DNA from: Octopus vulgaris
Lineage: Eukaryota
NCBI GenBank assembly: GCA_951406725.2
Contig: OX597823.1
Coordinates: 110,360,001 to 110,424,000 of the forward strand
Reading direction: 5' to 3'
Length of the DNA: 64,000 nt
In this document: in pieces, positions 13,383 to 29,959 of the stretch
How the letters are laid out: each line of letters opens with the position of its first letter
Position numbering within the stretch: the first letter of the stretch is position 1
Notes under the pieces: generated by a model
Told to the model about the DNA's origin: nothing
The model's database searches: none
Seen by the model: only the letters and a program-made list of their open reading frames with translations
Position numbers and translations under genes: made by a program

Positions 13383-13663
13383 TTATATACATACATTTAT
13401 TGGCAGTGTATTCTGTAAGATTAAAATGAGTGTGGAGTGCAAATATTGACATTGAAATGGACAGTTTACCTATACCTTCTCCTCTGATCATAGCGCAATA
13501 CTGCCACCTCACGACTCCCAACCTGTTTCTTAAAACTTAAGACCTCCAATTTCTAAGGTCAGCAGTGAAATAAAAGAGGTAAAGGCCTACCTCTCCCTCC
13601 ACATCCCGCTTTCTCATACACGTGGCCGCGCGAACACATACATGCATACACACACACACAAAC

Positions 13664-13758
13664 ACTCTCTCACTCTCTCTTTCTTCTCTCTCACTCTCTC
13701 TTTCTTCTCTCTCACTCTCTCTTTCTTCTCTCTCACTCTCTCTTTCTTCTCTCTCACT
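13664..13758. repeat. 21-bp CT-rich minisatellite (cactctctctttcttctctct), about 4 copies
   Basis: Periodic unit. The minus ORF translates as repeated ERVREKK. Confidence 0.85.
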
Positions 13759-13829
13759 TTATCGCTCTCGGTCTCTTTCAGTTTTTTTTTCGCATTTCTC
13801 TGCACATAGAAAACTTTAGCAGGTTTGCT

Positions 13830-14900
13830 GTAATTCTGACCTCAACTTCATTAGAGCTTGCTCCTTTTCGTCAGTTTTACACTTTTCTCAGTTCTACGAT
13901 CTGGTGCTGCCTCCTATTGGGACAATGTCGCTTATCTTTTTCCTTCCTGCATGCTATATTCATCTGGGCATGACTTTTATCAATTTGTGCTTTAGTTTTT
14001 ATAATGTCTCGTTTCATCTTCTCTCAGATTATTGTCAAGGCTGATGATCAGATACTTATTCAATTGAACATGTCTGCATCCACCCATCCTGGGTGGAGAG
14101 ATCCTTGGCTATTTAGTTTGCTTCCTGATCTTGATCCTCTTGCAACTCACAAGCAGATTAATACACTTAAAAGTAAACCTCTTGGTAGTATAAAGTGCTG
14201 TGCATTGTTGTAGTTGCTCTTTACCCTTCCATTACCCTGGTGAACCTTCGCGCTGCATGCGCTTTTGCATATTCCGGCACAACTGTTGCGTCTTCTATTG
14301 GTTTCTCTCTCTTGTCTTGTTATATCCAGTCTTGAGTCCTAAATCCTTTATTCTCCCAATTTGGCTTGTCTACCCATGATTATTCAGTCTCTTTAGATCT
14401 CGCAAACTCCTAACACATAACATTGGGGTTCTAGTTGTACAACAATTGTGTGAACATTTCCAAGCTGTCATCCGTTTTTTTCATGGATTTCTCGTGGGTC
14501 TTTCCCCACTGACAAAAATCTTTTTCTGTCGTAGACACGATATTACAAGTAAAAAAAAAAAGGCAGGGATGCTTTGTTCACTGCAGAAACTTTAGGACCT
14601 TTCTTTTTAAAGATATTGCAAATTATTCTCCTGGGGTGATTAAAACTATTGAAACGTTGAGTACCCTTCAATATCTTCAGCCGATATCTCATGGCACAAA
14701 TGTGTTTTCTCTTTGTCTGTAATCTTCGCTTGCGTCTGCAGGAAAGAAGCACATCGGTTCTGCTGAGAAGCAGCCGCCATCCTTAACAAGGAATGATGCT
14801 GCGTGCCAATTCTTTGGTAAAGGTCTCATCAAAAATGTCTCAATATTCAGCGTTCTTCAGCTGGGGAGAAATATTAAAAACAGCCCCCGCACTCGGACAC
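13830..14900 (-). mobile_element. Degraded non-LTR retrotransposon RT remnant, possibly Dong/R4
   Basis: Broken minus-strand peptides resembling GDSL...NP, YLG and IKIRKQ-LNSQGSLHP (compare the R4/Dong-type RKTRK.L...G.LHP motif). Confidence 0.4.
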
Positions 14901-15972
14901 TGCGTGTTTGTTCAGACTAATCGTTTTTGTGCACCTGGATAAAAGGAATCTGTCGGGTCGAAGCGATGTTACTGCAACCTCTTGCAAAAATCTTAATCTA
15001 TCTAAAAGTTTCATTGCATCTAATAATAAAAAACTTAATGAAAAGTCCTCAACGAATTCTCAGCAGTTGATATGCCCAAGGAATCTTATCACCCCTTACG
15101 ACTCTGATACTTCTCAGTGGTGATGCCTGACACATTAACCTTAATTTACAAATAACTCCTAAAACATGGCAATATCTATCAAAAGAATAAAGTTACTTAG
15201 AGACAAAATATGTATATTTATACATATTTACGTATTGTTTCTGTGAACGTATTGTTGATTATAATAAAACCTCAGAAACTTCGAGAAAAATGAGATAATC
15301 TATTTTTAGAACAATTTAATAAAAAGCAGATACAGCTCTGTATAGAGTGTAAATAATGGGTTCAAAAATATCTTGGAAAAGAAATTTTGGAGTCTTCTGG
15401 TGGTGGGTAAACCCACACCACCGATAAACACGACAGGAGGTTTATCATTGAACGACAGCAATCCTTCGAATTCTTTCAGTTTTAAAAATGTTCTTCCAAC
15501 CAGCGGGAATGGAGTGTTGTTGACATAAAAAAGAAAGAGAGCGCAAATTAATTCATTTCTCAAATGATTTATCTTGAAGCAGATAAAGCTATAAATGATG
15601 TTGTGTGAATACTGGGTTTCTACCCAACAGATTTTTATTCAATATTGATACACACACACATACACATATGTGTGTACATATATCCATATACATACACACG
15701 TGCGTGTGTATACATCTGTATATAAAAATCTATATATGTAAGTGTGTATATGTATGTAAGATTCTGTATTCATATCTATGTATGCATGTATATATTTATA
15801 CAAATTTGCATAAGAATATTAATGCCTGAGCATAGAACACGTGAAAAGTGTGATATGACATTTGAAGGTAGAGACAATTGAGATATGTCCAGATCACCTA
15901 CGTATCACTTCAAAATTTCCTCCCCACCCGTTTCAACATTTATATATGCATACCTACATATACATATACATG

Positions 15973-16039
<67 letters not shown>

Positions 16040-16189
16040 GTATATACATACACACACACACACACATATATATATATTATATAAGAATGAATGTATATAT
16101 GCAATAGGTTCATATATATATATATATATACAAACACACATTCACATTAACTTCGTTCTTTTACATCTTCTTCCTACTCCTACATTTTT

Positions 16190-16323
<134 letters not shown>

Positions 16324-16447
16324 CATTTCTTCATTTCCTTTTTTGATCACCTCACATTTTACACAAATTATTGCTCACAAGATCACAAACACATACATAC
16401 AAATACATGTGCTCACACCCAAAGGTATATATATAGATATAAATGAG

Positions 16448-16538
<91 letters not shown>

Positions 16539-17088
16539 ATATGTATGTGCATATATATATATGTATGTATATGTATGTGTATATATATATGTGTGTGTAT
16601 GTGTGTATGTACATACCGCAGTAATATTTTGGATCCTTCATCCTTCACCAACATTATTAATTTAGCAAGGATTCCTTCCTTATTTTTGTTCTTTTCAACT
16701 TCCTCCCATAATTTTATCGTAAGCTCTTCTGTGGAATTGGTAATCTTCAGAACGACTCTCCGTGTCTCAACATGAAAAACAGAAATTGAATTTCTTCAGC
16801 AATGGCTTTCAAGTCAGTTTCTTGATCTTTTTATCATGTTATGAAACTTTCAATACCCAATATATATTTGCTACACATGCACACATGCACACACACACAC
16901 ATACGAAAGCACGCACATACATACACGCATACGGTTATATGTATATATACATATGTATATAAACGATATGTATATGTGAATTTATATATATATATATGAA
17001 TTACATATATATCTACACACGCATACACATATGCACACACGTATTTTACATGTGTATTTATATATAGACATATTAATAGAGAGGGAAA

Positions 17089-17163
<75 letters not shown>

Positions 17164-17323
17164 TACAAATAATTGAATATAAAAATATATATTCAATTAT
17201 ATATGGACGAGGAGGTATGCTTGTATATTCCCATGTTTTGTATTAATGCATATATATATAGACTTAAATATGTATGTGTTTGAAAAAGAAATACATAAAA
17301 CTGTATTCAGTTGTGTGTATATA

Positions 17324-17439
<116 letters not shown>

Positions 17440-17818
17440 TATATACATACCACACACACATAGATATCCACTGATGTACATATGAATTGGCAGAACATAC
17501 CTGTATGAAGGCAGGTTGCATTTATCCCCGTATATGTATAAACACTCTGCTGCAGAGTAGACAATTTTTTATGTAGATATCTAAGTATATATGGGTATGT
17601 GATAGATTTTTAATATGATATGCTTATGTTTGTGTGTTTGTTTTTCAACATATGTGATGACGTGCATGTGTGCACGTGTAAATATGTATATAAGTACTTA
17701 TATATGCATTGCAATGCATAAATGTAACTCTATATCTTGCATCTAGACTTATGTAAATATATTTGTATGACTTACTGAATACTGACACGCATGTACATGT
17801 TGAATGCATCATATATAA

Positions 17819-17875
<57 letters not shown>

Positions 17876-17897
17876 AGTATATGTGTATATATGTACG

Positions 17898-17936
<39 letters not shown>

Positions 17937-18710
17937 ATATATGTATGTATATATACATATGTACATGTATGTAAATATTTATATACATATGTTTGTAAAT
18001 ATAAATATATATATATTTATTTATTCATTTATATGTATATACATATATATAATCTTTAGACATGGTGGGGAATATTAACCTGTGAGTAGACACATACGTG
18101 TATATTTATGTATATACATATATATATATGCATACATATATATATATATATAGCTGTATCTAATTATGTGTACACGCACTGACAATCACACACATACAAG
18201 CACATACATATACACACATACCTATACATATATGGCTAGATGGTGATGTGTACTTGTACGTGCCTGTGCCAGAGAGGTTGTGAGGGGGAAAATGTGTCCA
18301 TGAAAGTTTGTGTACCTATATACATATGTCTACATATATCAACACGAAGTTAATATCTTGCATGCAGAGAATTTCTTCTAATAAAGATATTCAACAACTA
18401 AATCCTATACCAAATGAATAAATGACAGACATATGGCAGTTAAATAGAGTAGATTTATGCGATTGTTATAACCCAACCTAAATACACCGAAAATCTACCG
18501 GAAAACAAACTCTCAAACAAAAATATAAAGAAAAAAAGAAGTGTATGAAATAAAAACGTAAAAGGAAAGTTGTAAAGAGATGAAGCAAAACAATATACGG
18601 ATAGAAATAAAAAAAATGTGAAGTAAAATGAAAATAAATGAAAGAAATAATGAATGTAAATAAGTGAAGAAAGTAAAAAGGGAAAATATATAATGAATAT
18701 ACATACATAC

Positions 18711-18766
<56 letters not shown>

Positions 18767-18771
18767 GTATG

Positions 18772-18802
<31 letters not shown>

Positions 18803-18918
18803 ATATATATGCATATATATATACAAACATATATATATATACATATATACATGTATATATGCATGAATGTATACAATTATATGCATATATTTATTCATAT
18901 ATATAGATATGTATATTT

Positions 18919-18981
<63 letters not shown>

Positions 18982-19446
18982 TATATATAATGTGCGTGTG
19001 TATGTGTGTGTGTGTGTACACATATGCAAGCACAACATATTATGAAAAAAAGGAAAGTTAAGATGATGAGAGAACGAGAGAGAGGGGGAGAGAGATAGAG
19101 AAGCAAATGGAATAGAAAAGAAAGGAAAAGAAAAGCACGAAGAAAATGGCAAAGTAGATTGATGTTCAAATTTACTTAGAGGCTATATGTTCCGACAGAA
19201 ACTGCATGTCGATTCAGTGGCAGTGTTTAACGTAAGTATATTAAGCATGGCTACACTGGTTGCTATCATACTTACCAATTGCTGAAATATTAATAGTGAA
19301 ATCACCTTTTGGCTATACAATATGATGTTTATTATATAGAGCGATTATTTGTGTGTGAGAATTTGCACACACATGAATGCATGCACGTATTCACCTAATC
19401 ACTCAGTCTGCAAAATCGGTTTTGTATATGCATCTGTGTATATATA

Positions 19447-19524
<78 letters not shown>

Positions 19525-19637
19525 AAAGAAAGCAAGGCGGGTAAGATACACACATAATACACACGCATATATATGATGTTTGTGTATGTATATTGATATA
19601 TGTGTGTAGGTGTGTATATCTTCCTCACCTTGCTCTC

Positions 19638-19680
<43 letters not shown>

Positions 19681-19945
19681 CATATATATACACACCCACA
19701 CCCACACATATATATGTATACATATACATACATATATATATATATGTACGTATTATGTACATTATGACTGTTTAAATATACATTATATATGTATATATAT
19801 ATATAGATATTCATACACACACACTAATGTATTCTTATGTAAAGATATATGTATGTGTGGTTATGTGTATATATATATATATACATATACATATGTAAAG
19901 ATATTTGTGTGTGTAGTTTCATATATATATATATATATATATGAC

Positions 19946-19999
<54 letters not shown>

Positions 20000-21039
20000 C
20001 ATATATATATGTGTGTGTGTGTCTGCATGATAATCAATTACTGCATGAGTAGTTATGACATGTTATATACAGAGATCTACTTAATACTCGATACTTCTAG
20101 TAAATGATTCTAGTTTTTTTTTCCTTTTGCATTATTTCTTGTAAATGGGTAGCAGAGATGTCCAAGAATCTAATGCAAAGGATTTGATGCCATTAGATAA
20201 TCTCACCCACCATACTGCCGTTCTGATTTGAAATTCTGTTACAGATGACCTTCACTTTTCATCACTCTGCCAACACCGCAGTATCTACGTAGTTTCTCCT
20301 TATTCTTGAAATGGAAGCCAGATTTCCTCTTTACCTCAAGCCATTTCTTCTATCTTAAAAACAGTGGAAAGGAAGACAAAACAAATTTTATACTATGGTC
20401 ATACGGGAAATAGTAGTTCAAACAGAGACTATCTTGGACTAAACAGCATGAGCAAGAAGCCTGTATTGATAAAGTTTCAAATATCATTGTCTCCAGGTTT
20501 TACTCCCTCTCTTGTTCATTCACAATATTCCTTTACCTTTAATAAATATACTGAGTGCTAGTCATATACTAGTATGCACATGGTTAACTAACACTCTTTC
20601 TGTTCTGCCCTTTTTTTAATTGTCATTCTGTAGATACCATGTTTTTCTTCTCAGTTATGAAACGTTCTACCTTTTGGTGTTCTAAGTTCATTCAAACGCT
20701 TCAGTAAACATCGTGAACTTCTCACTCTGTAGCTGATAAAACATGTATGTCGCAGTAATATATTAAGGTTGATACATATTATCTATTTCGCTTTTGACGA
20801 AAATATTTGTTCTTATTCCTAATTTGTGTATGTTTCTTTATTCAAGAGGGAAAATAGTGGCCACGTTTCTCTTACAGGAACTTCAGGATTGACAAGAGGT
20901 ACAGAAGAATACATATTCAGACATGAAACATGGCCCAAATGCTTGCAACTCAGTGGATTCAAGTTGCAATGTGATGACATTAAACAGAGTATAGGGAATG
21001 TCAGGATTTGAACTCAAAATGCAATGAGCAAAAGGCCAG

Positions 21040-21215
21040 CAATCCTGAGAGGTGGTCAGTCCGCTACATCGACCGTGGTGCGCTATTGGTACTTATATAA
21101 TTGATTCTGAAAGGATAAAAGGCAAAGTCAAGCTTCGTGATATTTGAATGTAAAGACAGAGGAAATACTGCTAAACATTTTGCCAGGTAAGCTAACGATT
21201 TTGCCAGCTTGCTAC
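21040..21215 (-). mobile_element. SINE family C, degenerate
   Basis: ggtactt...gaaaggataaaaggcaaagtcaa...atttgaa...gctaacgattttgccagct is the reverse complement of the family C head and core. Confidence 0.65.
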
Positions 21216-21340
21216 ATTAGTCAAAACAAATACTGCAAGCATTTGGTCTTACAGTTAAGTTAATCCATTGCTCTGGATTGATTGTGTATTACCAACTTCA
21301 AAACATATAAAGCAAAAATATAATGTAAAAATTTACCATA

Positions 21341-21478
21341 GGGGCAGATGAGGGCAGCTGCATCGAACTCTCTCATGCACCAAATAGCAGTTGCTAGAAA
21401 GCCCCCATGAAGTGAAACCAAGTAACAACACCAAATGGCGGTGCCCCAGCATGGCCACAGCTCATAAGCTGAAACTAG

Positions 21479-21510
<32 letters not shown>
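21341..21510 (+). mobile_element. Extreme 3' end of a CR1-group LINE with (ATCA)n terminal repeat
   Basis: Encodes RAAASNSLMHQ (compare RAATLN..IHQ at the end of the 9810-10620 LINE), then ggcggtgccccagcatggccacagc...ctgaaactagaa and (atca)n. Confidence 0.7.
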
Positions 21511-21512
<2 letters not shown>

Positions 21513-21993
21513 AGCAGGATTTGGAGCCCACGTACAGGAAATCAGGACAAAACACGTTGATATATTTTATGACACTAATACATTTGTCCATTCAGCACCA
21601 AATGGAATGAGTGAACTTTAATTATAATGAGATTTTAATTTCAAGTCTGGAGAGGCTACATACTGGCAAATTCAGAATCTTGGATATTATGCCTTGTACA
21701 ATTGGTTCCTGCTGTCAATGTTCTGATGTTAAATCTCATACTGGTTGATTTTGCAGCCTTTTCTTGGTGTTGTAAAATGAAGAGCTACCCTAGGAGGGTG
21801 GGTTGATAAAATTGCTACAGCATCAGACGAGATGCCAATCAGAAGCTGTAATTCTTTGCAAAACAAGTTCATGTTTCATCTAGATGACAATGACCCAGGC
21901 TAATCACATGACATGGGGTCATCTCAGTGACCCTTGAGTTGGCCACTTTGAACTGGTAGGTTTCTATATAGCAAAGATAAGTTGCTTGTAATA

Positions 21994-22352
21994 GACTGTG
22001 GCCATGCTGGAGCACCGCCCTAAGTTGAGCAAATCGACCCCAGGACTTATTCTTTGTAAGACTAGTACTTATTCTATCGGTCTCTTTTGCCGCACCGCTA
22101 AGTTACAGGGAGGTAAACACACCAGTATTGGTTGCCAAGTGATGTTGGGGTGACAAACACAGACACACAAACATATATATACACACATATATACGATGGG
22201 CTTCTTTCAGTTTCTGTCTACAAAATCCCCTCACAAGGCTTTGGTCGGCCCGAGGCTATAGTAGAAGACACTTGTCCAAGGTGCCACGCAGTGAGACTGA
22301 ACCCGGAACCATGTGGTTCATAAGCAAGCTACTTACCACACAGCCACTCCTG
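21994..22352 (-). mobile_element. SINE family A
   Basis: Near-full-length homology to 47127-47527. Confidence 0.9.
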
Positions 22353-22851
22353 GTTAAGAAATTCATGGGAGACAAAATGGAGTTCAGTGTGGAGACATTT
22401 TATTTCTGAACAATTTATAGAAATTGCTGATTTAGATTTCATCATAAACTTAACAAAAAAATTCTTGGTAAAGATGGATATTTTAAAATTTTCTTTCATG
22501 AATATGTGCAGCTCAAAAATATCACACATTTATTGATGACTTACTCTAGCTAATTCTCTTGTATATATCTTTAATAAATATAAATATCCACAATTTGCAT
22601 CAATTTTTTTCTGGTTATTTGTCATAAATAGTTCATATATATAACAGCGTTTCTTTGTCGCTAATAGTCATTACTCTAAACATTTTTGTATGTTGTATGG
22701 AGTCCAGTTGCTGAAAACTATATTTCGCATGCACAAAATTACGGGAATGTGTATGTGTGTGTGAGAGAGAGAGAGAGAGAGTGCGTGTGTGAGTGCATGT
22801 GTGCAAGTATATATACATACATATATATATATACACACACACATACACATA

Positions 22852-22894
<43 letters not shown>

Positions 22895-22932
22895 TGCATA
22901 TCTATATGTGTGTGTGTGTGTGTGTTATATTA

Positions 22933-23128
22933 GGCGGCTAGCTGGCAGAAACGTTAGCACGCCGAGCAAAATGCATAGCCGTATTTCGTCTGCCATTACG
23001 TTCTGAGTTCAAATTCCACCAGGGTCGACTTTGCTTTTCATCCTTGGGGTCGATATAATCGACTTAATCCGTTTATCTGTCCTTGTTTGACCCCTCTGTG
23101 TTTAGCCCCTTGTGTGTAGTAAAGAAAT
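22933..23128 (+). mobile_element. SINE family C, tail variant 1, internal deletion
   Basis: Homologous to 8300-8528. The segment between the two ggggtcgat repeats is deleted. Confidence 0.85.
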
Positions 23129-23540
23129 ATATATATATATATATATCATATAGACGTATGTTCTAGACAAATGTTATGGATAAAAACAAATTCTGTTAAA
23201 GTACGAATGAACTAGGTAGAGCCAGCTGCCTTCTGGGAAGGAGAGATTCGTTGTTTAGACATGTCCCCAGAAGGAGATTCCAAATTAAGAATCAACTTAT
23301 TGCAATGGCAGAGATCTTGCTCTTGCTTATATCTGAACTACTTGGCTTTGTAGATGAGAATCTTAGTGCTGCTGTGTAAGCAATTGTTGGCTTCAAATAT
23401 CAGCTTGGTTATTGCCGATAGATATTGTTTTAACACCTAGGATAAGATAACTTGTTAGTGATGGTCATACTCACCTATGAGTTAACATAGAACAAGCTTA
23501 TATGTATATCTCTCTACCTCTCTCTCTCTTTCTCTCTCTC

Positions 23541-23575
<35 letters not shown>

Positions 23576-23576
23576 A

Positions 23577-23632
<56 letters not shown>

Positions 23633-23892
23633 GTAATACCCTCATTCTCATATGCTGCCTCACTCTATTCATACACAAAAAATATGTATGTTTATGCGTC
23701 TTTGTTTCTTTCCCCCATATATATATGTATGTACGTATGTATGTATGTATGGATAAATATTGATGTAGATATATATTGAAATATACATACTTCTATATTG
23801 ATACACATGTGTATTTCACACAAATACTTACATACATACACATATGTTTATATATATATGTGTGTATATATATATACTTAAGCATCATATGT

Positions 23893-23948
<56 letters not shown>

Positions 23949-24370
23949 TTAAGCATCATATGTACACATATATATATATATTGCCCACATGAAGATTGTG
24001 AAAGAAATAATTAAGTTGTGATCGATATTTTCAAGCAATAAATCTTTAATAACTCCAAGTACACTATTTGATTTTCTATTGATTGGTCATTTGTTATTGA
24101 TCGGTCATTTATAGAACTGACCACAGTTCTTGCAATGAAAGACAGCAAATATTTATTTTACTCTATCCACCCACAACCAACTCTGTTCCAGGCCTTCAAC
24201 ATAAAACTTATTTTACACTTCAACAGACCAGATTGTACCGCCCATGATGTATTCAGTTTAATTGCATACAATGAAACACATATGCATGAACCATGATACA
24301 CTATATAACTACACACACATATATGTAAATATATATATATATATATGTGTGTATATATATATATATACAC

Positions 24371-24406
<36 letters not shown>

Positions 24407-24606
24407 GTATACGTATATACATATATACATGAATACGTGAATATATATGTCTATATGTGCATGTGTGTGAGTGAGTGAAAGTGGTGGGTTAAGTACAAGA
24501 AGGACACTATCAAAATGAAGAACTGAAATCATTTTAGTGCTGAGAAGAAATATATTTATTAAAGATATCTTGCTAGAGTTTTGCAAGTTATTATCAATAA
24601 ATGGAA

Positions 24607-24650
<44 letters not shown>

Positions 24651-24708
24651 TTAAAGACATCTGTATGTATTTGTAGGGATGCATGAAAATATATGTAGGG
24701 ATGTATGC

Positions 24709-24763
<55 letters not shown>

Positions 24764-26134
24764 CATATATATATGCATATGTATATATGCGTATGTATTT
24801 ATATATGCATGTATGTATACACATATATATATATATATATATATATATGTATTCATATACATATAAATATTTTTATACCTATCCATATGTTTATGTCTAA
24901 GAATCTATCCTTCTATCTCTCTCACTCTCACCCCCTTTATCTGTGTCTCTCCCCTTCTATATTTCTGTCTGTCTGTTACTCTCTCTCTTTCTCTCTCTCT
25001 TTCTGTCTGTCTGTCTCTCTCTCTCTCTGTATATATATATATGGAGAGATAGAGATCTTTAGATATATACACACACGTATCCCATAAATATGTATACATG
25101 TATATAAACTCTGTTTGCAACGCTCTAATACTAAATACACAGCATTAATCAAATCAATGTTGGTATTTGCACAATGTGTCACCATATGACAGCAAATTTG
25201 AAGACAACCTTAACAAGAGAGAAGTAACTTGGCCAAACAAACAAACGCTCGTCCCATGAGTGATTTTATCCACCCTGACATCAAAAAAACAGAAGGATCA
25301 CATTCTTTGTGAAATGTTTCTGCATGAGAAAGTCTTCATGAAGCTTCAAATTTACAACTCATGGAGCAAATTATGCTCCCAATGTCCATAAGACGTTCGT
25401 TTTAAATAACTTTCCATCTATAGTAGGAAGGTGCAATGCTTTATTCAAATCTTAACGTAATTGAACTTATTATGAATGATTCAAAGTAAACCATAGATAC
25501 ACACACAGTACAATAGGCACTCAAGCTCTGTCTAGACTGAACATCCCGACGTCTGGACTGAACATCTGGACAGCTAACTAGAAATTGATTTTAAAACATG
25601 ATTCTCAAACAGAACAGAAGAGTAAGTCTACTTTTGCAAGACATTGATATAAATCTTAAGCATTGTATGTTAATGCTATATGCATTAATTTTGCGCTTAA
25701 CAGAAATGGCAACATGCACAGAGACATAATTCATAGAAAATGGTACGTTCTTATGAATTATAGAAGAAAGTCTCAAATCACTTAAATGTTTAACTGAAAA
25801 ACAGCAAAAGATCACACCTAAAAGTCAGAAAACCAAATCAAAAACTCATGAAAATTTGAGACCAAAGAGAAATCCTAGGGAGTGTAGTGGTTATGAAAGA
25901 AAATCCTATAGTTTCTATATACATTAGTAGGTACATCAGCAACCGTACATTAAAAGTAGAGTCATTGTTTCAAAGAGATAACTTGTTAAGTGCACCCTGT
26001 CACCAACAAAGATACCCAATGATAAGTCGTTTCTGCACGTGTTTCACTGGGACATACAACAATAATTCTGATGAGTTGTTTGACAATACAGCTCCTCTAA
26101 GAGAAGAAACAACAGTGTAAAAAGAAAGATGTAA

Positions 26135-26350
26135 TATTGATTTGAAACTTTGGCACAAGGCCAGCAAGTTCGGAGTTGGGGTAAATTGATTACATCGAAT
26201 AAAGTGTTCAACTGGTACTTATTTCATCGAAAACAAAAGGATGAAAGGCAAAGTCGACCTTGGCAGCATTTGAACTTAGGATATGAAGACAGACAAAATC
26301 CACTAAGCCTTTTGCTCTGTGGGCTAATGATGTTGCTGGATCACTGCCTT
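26135..26350 (-). mobile_element. SINE family C, tail variant 2, degenerate
   Basis: actttggcacaaggccagcaa...caactggtactt...ggatgaaaggcaaagtcgacct...atttgaactt. Confidence 0.75.
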
Positions 26351-26676
26351 AGGAAGCTGTAATATCGGCAACAGAAGAAATTAGATCAACTCAGCAATTG
26401 GTCTCAATGAATTCCTTGAAATTCTCCTTAAAGGATGTAAGCGTGTTTTTTCTCTGCCCATCCAAATACTTTTCATAGCTTTCTGGCAAGTGGAAAACTA
26501 TCAAAATTATGGAAGAAAATATAATGTACTATTTTCATAGAAAAAAGCAGAATTGTCTCTTTAGCTTTGCACAACAGTAAAGTCATGAAACTACCGTCAT
26601 TACCAGGGAGAAATTTAATATGCTTTTAAAATAAATATATTCTCGTATATTCTATCTTCTGTCTTTCATTTCATTC

Positions 26677-27100
<424 letters not shown>

Positions 27101-27810
27101 CACATACACTGTGATGCTTGGGGGTTCCAGTATCCAACTTTAGTATTGAGAATTATAGAGATCACTGAAGTTGACAGATTTTAGTATTCTCAAGATTACT
27201 ACCTTCCCTGTCAGAGGTCGTGCTAGATACTACCACATCTTAGGTTTCATATGATCAAAAAAAATTTATTTTCTGCCAAAGAACATGAGAAATTTACTCA
27301 GTGTAAATGTAAATATATTCAAAAAAAGACATGGATAATCTATTGTCTTAAATCCCAGATGAAACAAGCTTCTGTCAACAAATGCAACTGTGAGAAATGA
27401 CATCAAACGGTCTTGTCTATCAAAATTCTAACTAAAGAATGAGAGCTGGAATAGTTGTAGAAATAGTGTAAGATATACTGGTACTATGGATGCATGACTT
27501 AGGTTGTAACTAATAAAAAAAGTATAAGGCTATACAAACACACATATGTCTATACATACACACATGCATGTACATAGGGAGGGAGAAGAATAGAGGGAGT
27601 CGGGAATGAAGATATATGTACATACATCAACTAATTTCAAAATAGACATGAAAATATGGTATGCTATGTACTTTAATTTGCAATCATATATAATGATATA
27701 ATTCGTCCATTTCAATTTATATTATAATTGTGCATATATTTTTAAGCATATGTGCATGTATATATATTTGTGCATATATATATATACACGTGTATGTTTG
27801 TGTGCGTGTG

Positions 27811-27850
<40 letters not shown>

Positions 27851-28000
27851 TTAAACCATATATACATATTTCCTGTGGATGTATATAGACACACGCAAAC
27901 ATATATGTACAGAGACTGGGAGAGGGAACTAGAAGGAAAAGAGACAATATTAGAAAGTTATGGTATATGTATATGTTTATACATATCACTATATGAATAT

Positions 28001-28039
<39 letters not shown>

Positions 28040-28373
28040 CCATATATATATATATCATATATAGATATAGATAAATGTACGTACATACATATATATCCAT
28101 GTGTGTCTGAGTGTGTGTGTGCGTGTGTGTATGAATATATGTATTATATTGAATGTATATTATGAGAAAGAGAGAGACAGAGAGAGAGAGAAAGAGAAAC
28201 TCATATGTATGTGTAAGTTTATTATATTCATAATCTGGTATACATATATATATTTATTTATTTATTCAGAAATATATAAAGGTACAGACGGCTCAATCGA
28301 TTATTAGATTATACACTTATAAATTTATACCCCAATGATTTATATATATATATATACACACACACATATATAT

Positions 28374-28420
<47 letters not shown>

Positions 28421-28531
28421 TATATATATGTGTGTATATATATATATATAAATGTATATATATGCATATATATACACACGCATACATATATATATGCATA
28501 TACATTAATGTATACATTCATATATATGAAA

Positions 28532-28579
<48 letters not shown>

Positions 28580-28895
28580 CTTCAACACATATCCACTCAT
28601 ACACATCCAGATGTGCTTAAATACCCAGATAGATTGCTTTTTATTACTAAATATTTTTAAGTGCTACATATAACATCTAATTAGCGTGAGTTCTAATGAA
28701 GAAAAACAAAAATTCCAAATCTCAATTACTCGCGGCTTAATTCAGAAGATAACATATTTGTATTAACGAGCTTGGAAAGTTGGCATAGTAAATGGTGAGT
28801 ATTCTTTATGTTGCTCATTTGGTGTATATGTATGTATGTGTGTATGCTTTATGTGTATATATATATATATGCATATATGTATATATATATATATA

Positions 28896-28952
<57 letters not shown>

Positions 28953-29122
28953 ACAGACATATATGCGTGTGTGTAATATACATACACACACACATATATA
29001 TACATCTATATACATACATCTATATATATATATATATATATAGATATATTAATATATATCGCTACATGTATAAATATATATATATGTATAGACACATATA
29101 TATATACATATATATATATGTA

Positions 29123-29260
<138 letters not shown>

Positions 29261-29773
29261 AAAAGTATGGGCTTTGCACATATATATATATGTATTTCTA
29301 TATGAATATATGTATACATGGTTTGTGTATGTATATACACACACACGCACAGATGCACATATATTATGCACATTCACAGTGCATACACAAATAGAACTGA
29401 TGGATATCAATAATAAATAACTCGAAGGAAAGCTAGAGATGGCTAACTGTAAAGGATTTTGTTAGAGAATATTATAAGTGCAATGCACACAAACACACAA
29501 ATATATACTATACATAAGTATGCTACATGTATCTATACATACATATATATATATATATCAATTGAGATTCAGTTGAATTAGGTACTTAAGTCAGTCAGGT
29601 ATTAATCGACACAGCTCGACGTAATGTGAATAGATTCAAAATATGCAACTAGATATCAAATAATGATGCAGTACGACTGTTTCAAGCGACTCCATGCAAT
29701 TGAACAATGCAATTTAAATGCAGTGCCAGATATATATGTATTTATACTACATCCATAGTACCAGTATATCTTA

Positions 29774-29820
<47 letters not shown>

Positions 29821-29959
29821 CACACACATATATATATATATGTATGTATATATATATATATGTATATATGTGTATAAGTATATTATATACGTATATAAGT
29901 ATGTATATATATATATATGTGTGTGTGTGTGTATGTGTGTATGTATGTATGTATAGTTG

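Noticed and set aside
15306-15563. 85-aa minus ORF with ordinary composition (TPFPLVGRTFLKL...)
   Set aside because: No family recognised and no support beyond ORF length. It may be an old TE fragment.
16616-16800. Exon-like minus frame [24 protein letters not shown]... ending at a gtatgt donor-like site
   Set aside because: The donor-like site is the start of a microsatellite, the acceptor is weak, there is an upstream stop, and no homology was recognised.
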